This document shows positions 37,201-48,400 of a stretch of DNA of 64,000 nt, piece by piece. The translations under genes and the position numbers were made by a program. The stretch is from Thalia democratica. Taxonomy: Eukaryota. The notes below the pieces were generated by a model. It searched no databases. It saw only the letters and a list, made by a program, of their open reading frames with translations, and was not told the origin of the DNA. The stretch's first letter is position 1. Each line of letters begins with the position of its first letter. Location of the stretch: positions 29,202,001-29,266,000 of the forward strand of contig OZ241829.1 of the NCBI GenBank assembly GCA_965202585.1, in the 5' to 3' direction.

Positions 37201-40200
37201 TTCAATCAAATCCGATCAACTAAAAACAATTTTCACTAAAGGTTAAAGCTAATTTAACATAAAAAAAAAAAGATTTGATGACTACATACTTAATTTTCAA
37301 AATTTTTTTGTAAGGCGTTCACTTTTTATATATATTTTTTAAATTTATACTTTGGAAATGTAACTTAAATCAGAGAAGTCTTTTATTTTCAACAAAAAAC
37401 GTTTTTATTCGCTTTAAAAAAATCTGTTCTAAAAAAGGGTATGGACCTTTTATAAACCTATAGTTTATTTAATTTTATTTTTTGTTTAACAGATGACAAT
37501 ACTTCTTTAAAGTATTTTATATATAACAACAGTTTTTGCTAATTATGTAAATAACTTACGAAACAACTGTTCAAACAGGTTTACAACAGAAGTCAACAAC
37601 AGAACCAACAAGGTATGGTACACAACAACGTGAATGTAAACGTCCCAGCTCCTACAACTAATGTTTCAGCCATGCAAGATAATTCAAGTCTGAACACCAA
37701 TCACCAATGTTGCTATAATCCAGCTAATATGAGCACTAACTTGAAAGGATCATTTGTAGATGCTGACATATCATCGCAGTTTAAGGGTAATCAGATTCTT
37801 CGTTCAGCTGGTACATATAAACCGATGGGCAGTTATGTTGTTAATCAGGTTAGAACTAATCAGGAAGTTACGTAACGGATTTTTCTTGATAACAATATTG
37901 TTTTAGTTTCATCAAGCAAAGTTTGTATTGGTAATCTATATTTAGTAAATTTTTTATAGTGAATAAATAAACATTATAGGACTACCGTTAGCAATCTACA
38001 ATTAATTAATAGTTTAACAGTTTAATATGTTCTTTGTTATAGTATTGTGTTGTAACTAATTTGAAACCTACCAATTTAAACATTATGTGTTTTAAATCAA
38101 CTGGTATTTACTTTTCTTAAAATTATAAGTATAAGTAGTTTGTTTAATCAAAAAATGTATATTTGAAGCAAAAATAACCGAAAACTAATAACGAAAATTT
38201 TGCTCCAGTAAATAAAACTTCTTTAATTCTTTACTATAGTATTATTTTTTAAAAACAGAACGGACATGCAAAGCAACAACAAAAGCAAAGCTTCCATCGA
38301 CCAAATAACATCGTTGATAATTGTTACATGAACAAACCGTCTTGTTCATTTACAACCAACTCCGATTCACGCGGTGATTTAGATAAAAACTCTAATTCGT
38401 ATGATTGTTTTTCTTCACAAGTTTCTACATTACCCCAGCCTGGTATGAGCGGAAGTTACTGTTCAGACATGTTGCCTCCACAATTGCAAAAAATCGGAGC
38501 TAAAAGGAAATCATACGACCTACAGGTTCAAAAATTTGATAGTTTATTTAATCTTAGCCTGTACTTAATTTGGCATCTTGTTTCAAAATAACACATAAAA
38601 CGTAAAGTTTAAGATTTTATATTTTGCATAAACGTTAAATATATATTTTATGTCACTTAAAAAAAATTCAAAGCTAAATACATGTTATAAATTAAAAACT
38701 GAAATAAATTATCATACAGAAACATCAAGATATATTTCCTTGTCAAAAAAATATCAAATACGATGAGACGCGATCACGTTCAAAAATGATCAGAAATAGT
38801 TTTAATAGTTGTACTTTTTTGTCAAATAGTCCTGATTCGGAAACAGCAGTAGATGATCATCCATTACCGATTGTTCTGAACAAACGGGAAGTTTTAGATG
38901 AATTGTGCCAACAAACAGTCTTGTACGCTGTTTCGATTGGAATTTATAAGAAAGAGGTTGAATAGTAAATATTAAGCAAAATATCCAGAGTAATAACGAT
39001 GTTATAACACTTTTTTTGATATTATTTAACAATTTTTATCACATAACTGCTTAACTATAACTAAATTTAAAAATGTGTTTTTTTTTTGTTCTAAAATTAT
39101 TAAAAAACCGAAAAACAAATGCAGTTTGAAATGTATAAAAAGTTGCAAATAAAAATTACTTTCATTGTTTTTACCAAAAGATTAATTTAAAACTAGTTTT
39201 TAACTGAATGAAACATGAAACAATGTTATATTTTATTACTGAGATTTTAGTTTACACAAAAGATAGTTGTTTAATTTTTTAAAAGTAATATATGTTAATT
39301 TAATGTTAAACATACTTTTATCTATTTTTATTAGTTTGGTACAAGTTATAACTACATTAAAATCTTAATTTAAACCAAAAAATTAGTAGTTTATTATAAC
39401 AAAGGTTTTATAAGTATTTTTGTTTTTTGATTAACACACTAAAGTTATAATTTAAAAAGTATTTTTATCATTAAACAACCTAATTATACTAAACAAACAT
39501 AAGAGTGTTGACGCTTTTTAATTTCAAAGTTTATTTTAATGTTTTGCTTCTAAAATACTTATTGATAATAGTAATAGTCCAGTTTAATAAACAGTATTAG
39601 TTTATAAAAGTGTTCAATTCATTGATTAACTAATTATCGTAACATAAATGTCATCAACTCTTGACATGTTTTTTTTTATAATTTGTTGACTTTTAGTACA
39701 ATATGTTCTTTTAATATGTATGTGAGCTCACCAGTTACTTACTAGTTTGTAAAAACTACAAACTAGTAAGTATAGAATGAATACTGTGATTTGAAAGACT
39801 TTCTATGATGTAAAGATTACTATTTGTAAGTATAGTTTGCAAATAATTAAAATAGTTTATACCACAAGTTATTTAAACAAAAAAAATTTTTTTTTAGGAT
39901 TTCCCGGATTGTCAAGACCAATTAACGTATTCTCTAATTGGAAATAAAAGCCTAGTAAAAACTATAAAAGATGTGATAAAAAAATTGAAACGGCCTAACT
40001 CGTTCCATTTATTCTGCAAAGAGTATAAAGCTAACAGTACAGTCAGTTTAAGTTTTTGTTACAGTTATAGATAAACATTTAAAAAAAAACTTTATTCTAT
40101 TTTTATTTAAAATGCTTGTCTCACGACATACGAAAGTTTAGCCCTCTGCTATGCTGACTTTCGCCGATGTTTTTGTTGATAACTTTATTTAAATGAAAAT

Positions 40201-40795
40201 TTAGATGAAAATTTATTTCTTTGGTAAAAGTTCTTCACAATTCGATTCTTTATAACCTTTTTTAGCAAACTTTTGGACTTATTCTATAACCTTACACTTA
40301 CAAAAAGTTTTGCTACATTAAAAATTTATTTAAAATAGTAAAATTTGTATTCTTTTTTTCAAGTAGTTATATTACTGCATAGTTGTTTGTTACTTACCAT
40401 ATTGATATTTATAAGTATAACTAAAAAGTAATATAAAAGACCTTAAGTACTGTTACTACAAACATTCATGTTAGATTCGTGTAACTTATCAGGAAAAACC
40501 CAAGACGAATCTGCGAGCTATTTGGAACGATCTACCAACTGTTGATCGGCATCGTTATTTTGAGAGAACCACAACATTTCTGAAAGATTACAACGAACTT
40601 GTTGAGGTTGGTTTTGTAACTTTAACTTAAACGTTTTGGTTCCTAAGTATAAAAATTTAAATTAACTTTTTATAATAACGCTTGTCGCACATAACTAGAA
40701 TGAGAAAAATACTGAAAATTAAGACTTATGTTAAAGTCAATACATTTATTTTGTGTATACTTTTGTGACGTTTGCATTTTGTTTTATGAATTATA

Positions 40796-40836
<41 letters not shown>

Positions 40837-41113
40837 GTTATTAACAATTAATTTTGCAATATGATAATTGTTGTTAGAAAAAATATTTATATTTGTTGTT
40901 AAAATATAACATTTTAAATGTAGTATTAATTTATATACTTTAAGTATTTCTTGAGGGAAAATATACGATTAAAAAAAAAACACCTAGCTAGTGTTTGAAA
41001 ACTATTTTAATACGTAAAGACTGACTTGGTTACTTTTATAACAGAAAATAAAGCTGGCAATTGAAACCTACCCTGAGTTTGCAGAGTTCAAAAACGACAA
41101 GAAGTTCAAATAA
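31280..41113 (+). CDS. N/Q/S-rich protein with divergent C-terminal HMG box; join(31280-31357,31772-32032,37579-37848,38259-38525,39898-40041,40475-40606,41045-41113), about 406 aa
   Basis: Seven exons, all lengths multiples of 3, GT-AG, with an in-frame stop upstream of the ATG. The spliced C-terminus LKRPNSFHLFCKEYK...LRAIWNDLPTVDRHRYFE...ETYPEF matches the HMG-box pattern KRP-x-(S/N)AF-x-LF-x-KE...W-x-x-L...Y...YP-x-Y. Confidence 0.7.
33736..34478. mobile_element. Non-autonomous hAT-type DNA transposon (743 bp) inserted in the LINE RT
   Basis: TIRs CAGGGGCGTCGCGT ... ACGCGACGCCACTG; 8-bp TSD TTAGATAG/GTAGATAG (7 of 8 identical); the RT peptide DYNLLS|NNQFG rejoins across it. Confidence 0.88.
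34077..34412. repeat. 15-bp tandem repeat (GCAACTCGAGAAGAA), 22 full units, inside the hAT MITE
   Basis: Units start every 15 nt from 34077 to 34407 with no indel. Confidence 0.95.
36095..36133 (-). ncRNA. Minimal type-I hammerhead-ribozyme-like motif (possibly a Penelope-like pLTR remnant), probably degenerate
   Basis: The minus strand reads AAGCA-CUGACGA-GUUC-UUC-GACC-GAAA-CUUAG-UU-UGCAU: complete catalytic core, stem II with one mismatch, GUU cleavage triplet, followed by AATAAA. Confidence 0.5.
40802..40832. repeat. (AT)n microsatellite
   Basis: About 15 AT units. Confidence 0.95.
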
Positions 41114-44100
41114 AAACTGGTTTGATTTAATGCCTGATCTTATAACGTTTATCATAAAAGATAAACGATTTAACACATTTTATATTTTATTAAAACAAAT
41201 ACTAGTTTTACTAATGTTTCTTTTATAATGTTTATGTCATCAAATGATCTTAAGAAACTGATACAGTTTGTAAAATAAATAACTTTGTTGTTGTTTAATT
41301 ATTATAAATTTATTTCAATTCGTTTCAATGAAACAGAAACTCATTTTTTTAACTAAGTATTTTATATTGAATTTTTTTTTTGTCCTGTTGTGCTATGTAA
41401 CTTAAAATTATAAAGTACTTATGTAGCCGTTTTTAATATTTACTATGTATTATATAAAATAATGTTTGGTATACAATTACAAAGCCTTTGTTTAAAACTG
41501 GGTACATTAATGTTTCTTGATAAAATAATGTACTTGCTTTAAAAACATAGTTAAAATTAGTTTGAATCTATAACAGTAATTCAAAGCCAATAGATTTCTA
41601 TTTGTTGAGTAAAGTTACAACTATGAATTGTTTAATAATTTTACAGATGCTATAAAACTTTTGTCATAGATGAATTGAACGCATATTTCTTTACATATTT
41701 TTTTTGTTAAAACGTTTTTTTATAAACTATATATACTTTTAAGAACTCACACATAGTTTTTAGTCATATTTTAGTCCTTGAACTATATATACGCAAAGTT
41801 TTATTTGCTATAAAGTTTAGTTTATGTTTTATGTTTTATCATTAAATAAAGTTTTACGAAAATAAAATTTTTATTATTTTATTAGTTATAGCACTTAAAC
41901 TTTTAGTTCGACATTTTGAAGTAAAAACATACGTGACTTTAGGCTTCATAAGTATTTTTTGAATAAATTAAAGTTTTCAACGTTTATTTTTTAATTCAAA
42001 TTTATTTTAAGAGGGTAAAGTTTATTTATATACTTATATATTTCCTGACAGTTTGAATTTCAAAAAGATTTGACATTTTAGTAAATTTTTTTAAGGTGAT
42101 TAAGATTTCAAAACTTTGTTTCTTTTTAAATTTACATTTAAATTACAAAAACTTACAAATTAAAAAAAAAGCTTACTTGTATACTCAGTAAGTCAGTACA
42201 AACTTATATAAAATAGTACCGAGTTTTATAACAAAAAGCGTTTTTGTACAGTTGGTAATATTTTTTTTTGTATCAAACTTTTGAAAATTTAGTTTAAAAC
42301 TTAATAAAATGTTTAAGCAAATTTATTACGGATAAAACGAATAAACGGCACATAAATATATTTTTAATAACTATAAGAAATAAAAATGTAAAACTATAGC
42401 AAGACTAAAAAATAATTTTACTTAATCTTCATAGTAGTCTAGAGATTTTAAAATTGATGGATATATGTGAAGCTATAACTATAACGACTTCAGAAAACAA
42501 AAGAACAAAGATAAAAAATAGCATATAAATTTTATTATTTCTGTATTATAATACATTTAAAACCAAAACATTAATAGTAGAAGAATAGTTTTACCCATCA
42601 AATGTCATTGTGCAAGCCTTTAAAGTTGTTTTACTGATAAGTTATTTTGTTCAGTTTGTTAAAATTTCATGACTTATATGTCTATAAATATAACAAATTT
42701 AAAATCAAAACTTTAAATGTTTTAACAGTATGAATTTTTGAAAAACTTTTAAAAGTTTCTTTACGTATAACTTTAATTATCTTATAAGTCAACTATAAAA
42801 AAAATTAACGCAAATATGTAAACTAAACGATAAGAATATTATGATTAGTTCTATTATAAATGTTGCTAACTTGTTTGGATTTTTAAAAACTTTGAACTTT
42901 AGTTATTAAAAGAAATAAGATTTTAAATAATTTTAAATAGTATCTATGAGTAGTAACGCATATTTTCTACTTGAAAGTCTATCTATCAATTTTTTGCAAC
43001 TTTATTGAAAGAAACTTTTAAATTATGTAATAAAATGTATTACTCTAAAATTTTTGTTAACTTTAAAGTATTTGTCTAATTAAAGTTTTGTAAAAAGATA
43101 ATTTTAAGCTAAAGATGGTAAACTATTAATGATAATATCAAAAAATTATAAATTTGCTAAACACTAACTCTGAGTTTTAAGTCATTAATAAATAAAATAT
43201 TTATAAAAATATACAATATATTTTAAAAATTATTAAAATTAAGTTATTTACGTGATGTCTTTTAAATACAACTAAATTGTACACTTTAAAACATACTTTC
43301 TATGCTAAAAAGAGAAAATGATAAAGTCACCGGTATACTTTAGAAAGTCAAAATTATTACAACCTGTTTTCAAATGCAGCATTCAAAAAGTAAACTTAAA
43401 CAGCAAATAACTTGTATAAAAGTCTAATGCTAAACTGATTGAAACAGCCAGTTTAAAAAATTAAAAAGAGTTTAATATTTCTATTTAAAATAGTAATTAC
43501 CAATATTTTGGTTATACAAAAACTGTTAAACTCTTTTTGAAAAACGCTAACTGTTAATATCAAAACATAAACCATAACTAAACAGCTTGTAGACGTACTT
43601 TTATTATATTTCAAATACAACATGAAAAGTAAAAAACTATCAGTTTAATATTTACATAACCTAAAGTATGCTTTGGTGTCATTAAGCATTCAGAAAAAAT
43701 TAACGCGTTGGTACAGAAATTGAACTTTGTGAGAAAGTTTTTAAATCGGTATGTAAACAATTAAGAGCAAAGCAACAGTACGCTTTATTTTTATCCGATC
43801 TATTCATACTTTGTTAAGATGTTACTGAAGCTTAACAGTTTTTATATGAGTGAAAAGTAATCACATAAAAGACTCAAGATAACTTTTTGAAACCATTTTT
43901 TTTAGCAGATTAAAAGTATTTTAGCTTTTATCACTGTTGTTTTTTTTTTATTTTCTTTTCTTAAAATTTAGAATTTATCCACTAAAAATAAAATTAAAAA
44001 ACGAATTTTAAATTTTAAGTGTATTTGGGTATCATTTTAAAATATTAAAAGCTTGTAGTTTTTCTGAATACATAAAAGAGCTCATTATAGCTTTAGGTGG

Positions 44101-44282
44101 CGCTTCAAAATATGTTAGGGTTTTCATACATAAGTTTTTTGATACATAGTTAATTTTAATACATGTTTAAATTTTGATACATATTTTAGACATAATTGTA
44201 TTAATATAACAAAACTCTTTAAACACTAATTTGTTTTTTGTTACGTGGTAATGATAATTTCAATAATTTTTAATTGTGGTTT

Positions 44283-44370
44283 ACGACTCGATAACCGAAA
44301 GGTTCCTTTGTACACCAGTTCCTTAGACCAAACTTTTTGAGCGCTTTTTTATCGTTCATTAAACAATACT
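44283..44370 (+). repeat. Dispersed repeat family copy (5'-truncated)
   Basis: GACTCGATAACCGAAAGGTT...GTACACCAG...GACCAAAACTTTT matches the 62705-62800 region. Confidence 0.75.
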
Positions 44371-44436
44371 GTTTTTCAAAACTTTTATTTAAGTTATACA
44401 CAGAACTTCAAGCTTAATACTAATATAATATAGCAT

Positions 44437-45420
44437 TTAATTAATTTTTCTAAACAAAGATTTAAATGCTAAACGAAATTTTTTGTTAATAATATAGTAA
44501 ACTAAAATATTCCATATTGAGTGTGTTGACACAAAATATTCAGAAATGTATTCATTGAATCTAATATCTTTGTCATTACAACTAAAAGAATTTTTTCTAA
44601 CATAAAATTGAATGTTATTGTGCAAAGTCTTTAAAAGCTTAAAGTAAAAGCGGCAACCATAAAAATCAAAACTAACGACATTTGTTTTTTCCTATAAACT
44701 TTCTTCTAACCTTACAATTTAGTTTTAATGATCTTTTATAGCTTTTGTAAAAGCTCTTAAGAGTTAACAATGAAAACATCCACAACAATAAAATAAAACA
44801 AATATGAAAACAGCTTCATATGAAAAAGGGTATAAAAAGTAAGTTATATTCTCGAAATCTCTCAATCTATTGGAATTTGTAATAATTGTAACTACTGCAC
44901 TCAGAATCCATATTGTTATTGATAAAACTTTAGCTGTTTTGATAGTATTAGTTTTTTATACTTAAAAGGAAATGCAATTGCCTGTCACTAGCAGCAAACA
45001 CAATTGAAACTAAAGAAACGATATTTTCATTTAGAAGAAGCTTATTTATTCAAACGTTTTTAAGTAAGATGTAAATGAATTACTCAAATATGAAAAGTAA
45101 AAGACACAGCTAAAATTGTTGACATCTTAATCTAAATTGTTGTTTTTTTTCAAAAAAAACGTATCAGCTAGTTTATAAGAATCACATGCCATACGGTATT
45201 TTTAGCTACACAATCAAACAAAATTTTAATTGTATCAAAATATTATAAAAGTGCCCAAATAATATCAGAAACTGCAATTGAAGTTTTGAAAACATATTGG
45301 CTATGTCTAAATTCTTTAGTTTTTAAAATGATAAATATATTTAAAAAGTTTCCAGCTATTGACAACAGAATAATTGAAGTGAAAAAGACAAAATGACAAA
45401 TTGCCCATGCTTTCTTTCTG
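44437..45420 (-). pseudogene. Intronless class-A (rhodopsin-like) GPCR pseudogene
   Basis: Minus-strand fragments in order: TM1 SIAGNFLNIFII, TM2 SIAVSDIIW, TM3 VFAASDR, AIAFPFKY, TM4 ITIWILSAVV, TM5 LLWMFSLL, TM6 MSLVLIFMVAAF, TM7/H8 HSIWNILVYYIINKKFRLAFKSLF. Several stops and frameshifts lie between them; the start was not located. Confidence 0.85.
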
Positions 45421-48400
45421 TTAAAAATCAGTCAAAATGTTTATTATACAGGGTAGTAATAATCCGCTAGTTTTTTAGATTTAGAGGTTGTAAATGCTAC
45501 ATGTTATTACACTTAGACAGTCTGATGTCTATTTTTGACGTTACAAGAGCAAAAAATGCAATTTTTACAACAGCAAGACTTAAAAAACTTTATTTATATT
45601 TACCATACTTTGAAAAATTCCAAGTGCATAACCTTTAGGCCCAATCAACTATAAGTTACACAATAATAATAAGAAAAATCAAAAATTGTTTATTTTAGTA
45701 TGTATTACTATAAATATAATTTATAGAAATTTGTAAAAACTTGTAACTGAAAATATCTATCTTTTAAAAAACACAGTTGTTTTCTTAAAAATAAATTAAA
45801 ACTACTTTTATGTATGTATAAAAGATATAATCTTTTAAGTTTAAAAAATCAGCTATTTATGTAATCTTATCTTCATAAAAGATTGAAACCTTCTAACTGC
45901 TTAAAAACAAAGTATAGTCTAAAAAATGATTTGACACAGACTTTAACCGACCTAAAATTAAAAGTTACAAACAGAGAATTCTTTTCTAAAAAGATATGTC
46001 CTCTGTAGTAAAATTAGTTCCCAATACTTCAACATGGTAAAAGTTTTTAGTTGTTTTGAACTGCAGCAGTTGTTTCATTTGTACTCTGTTCTATGCAAAC
46101 ACCAAAGCCGCCAAGTAAAACCAGAACTACTATTAAATTGTTTTTATGCCAATTTGCTTTAGTTAAACTGTTGTGAAAATTATGTTTTAAGTTTCAATCT
46201 TTCTATTATCTTGTTGATAAAGGTTTTTGAACCGATATCTTCGTACTAAAGCTCACAGATTAAAACTTTGTTAACGTAAGTGTGCTTTCAGAAAGTTTAT
46301 TTAGTTTAAAATATTAAACTGAATTTTAACATATATAAATTAAAAAAATACGTGTATTTTAAATATATTATTTTTTTCTTTAAAATATTATTTTTATTTA
46401 AAGTCATAGCAATGCTTTGATAATTGATATTAGACCTTTTAATATTTACACTAGGTATAAATCACCTTATGTTTGCTAATCCTTTGAACTTTTAAATTTA
46501 CATATACATAACCAACACCTTTTCGGAACTTGGTATAGTTTTAAACATAATGACAAAATTTAAGTTTGTGGAAGCTGTTCTTCATAAACAAAAATAAAAA
46601 TGCAGATCTCACCTAGTATTCAAAGTTTCAAAATATACCCTTATTAATATTATAAATTTAATATTTAATTTCAATAAGGAATTATGAGTTATGACTACTG
46701 TCAAAAAATGCTGATTTTATAATTTAGTAGATAAAATGATAAACAAACTTATCTTAAAAAATGTATTAAGTTATGTAAGTTATCAAAAAAACTTCTATCA
46801 TTAGTACAAGCTACTAAAACTTATTAACTTTTTTTATTTTCATATGTAAAATATTAAATATCTAGTAAGTATTTAGTAAAAAAATTTATTAAAAACCACA
46901 TATATTTTTTTTATTATTTAATTGTCTTAAACAATTTATTTAAACAATTTATTTAAACTAAAACTTTCGAAGTTATCATTATTACTTTATTTCATTATTA
47001 GTTATTTTCAACTTTAAAAGTAGATACAGTATTACTTCGAAATAAAATAAAAGGTAAACTTTAAAATAGAATTAAATTTATATATGGTAGAAATTTAAAA
47101 TCAATATACTTCTACTTGTAAATTATAATACGCTTTGAATACAAATTATTTAATGTCTTTTTTTAAGTTAATAAATTATGCAAGTTACTTTAATTACTAC
47201 GAACTCACATCAAATAATATAATTATAATTTAAAATCTCTAAACAATTATAACAAAGTTTTACTGGCTGGAATTTTATTTTATGTAGTTTAAAGTTTTTA
47301 ATCATAAAGAATATGTATATAGTAAACACTTTAATTTTTATTTATTTTTTAGTTGAAGAGTTTAAAATTGTAGTTAAATAAACTAAAATGGAAAAATATA
47401 CGTGCTTTAAGCTTTAACATGCATCTCTTAAATAATTAAAAGTTATTTACTTATATATTTTCAAGTTTTTTTAAAATAAACAAAGTTATATTACATTATT
47501 GTATAACATATTTTTTTCGTAATATCTCGGCTCTAATGAAAAAGTAACATCTTAAACTGAAAAAAATACTTGTTTTTTTAATGTTAAAATGTCGTTCTTC
47601 ATAAGCTTAAAACTTTAAAGTTAACTTCTGTGACAAATAAATAGCATAACACTTTTACTGGTTTTCAATTACACCTTCCCAAAAAAAGTATTATTTATCA
47701 AAATTCATTTTGTAAACTTGTAAATGTATACTGATTAGTTTGTTTTGGTCATTTTGGTTCTAAAACTTTACTTGAGTAGCTTTTAATAAGTAAAATGTAG
47801 TCACAATTAATGTATAGTATATAAAAATAATTTTTTTATCTATATTCATATAGAAATGAACTGAACCAAGAAGTAATAAGTATACAGTTTATACTTATAT
47901 TTTTTTTTATGTGTTTGTGATTTTTATATGAAAGTTTACTTTATAAAAAAAAGCATATGCTTTCCTTTAAAAAACAACTAAATAACTTATATTTTATCAA
48001 AAATAGATAGAAAAAATATCAAGTATTTTACAACGTATATAAGTAAAAAAAACAGTATATTTTTTAAGTCATTTTACATACCTAACATTAAACACTTTAA
48101 ACGTATTTATTTTAAAAATCTAAAGTTCTATTCTTTAGAGAAAAATCAACAGCATTAAACTCAAAATAATGAAGCAACTATGTTGTTGATTTCTTTACAA
48201 CAGATTTTTCGTTTAATATATTTTCTAAGCTATAAAGTTAAAAAATAGTAATTATCCGATATTTCATTGACATTTGAATTTATTGAGTTTGACTGTGCAG
48301 AACATTAATCATAAGTTTTAGTATTTTTTGTTTTGGTTGTTTTTGCTATAACCAACTATTCATACCTTTTTTTTAAAGTAATCTACTAATACAGTTCTTG

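Larger units (their letters stand above)
32560..37300 (-). mobile_element. Decayed, nearly full-length non-LTR retrotransposon (CR1/L2-like), antisense in HMG-gene intron 2; ends approximate
   Basis: Minus-strand motif fragments lie in canonical order. ORF1: HRVGK..RPIIVKL..NVYINTDKT (about 36450-36620). APE endonuclease: TNIRSVLNK, LTETWL, RGGGVAV, LGDFNLP, CDHN (about 36015-35400). RT: NYRQISL, NNQFG, YTDITKAFD, GSVIGPL, LFADDAKIF (about 34600-33340). C-terminal region: YNDRLSKLELKSL, WYKLPQDVV. Many stops and frameshifts. Confidence 0.88.
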
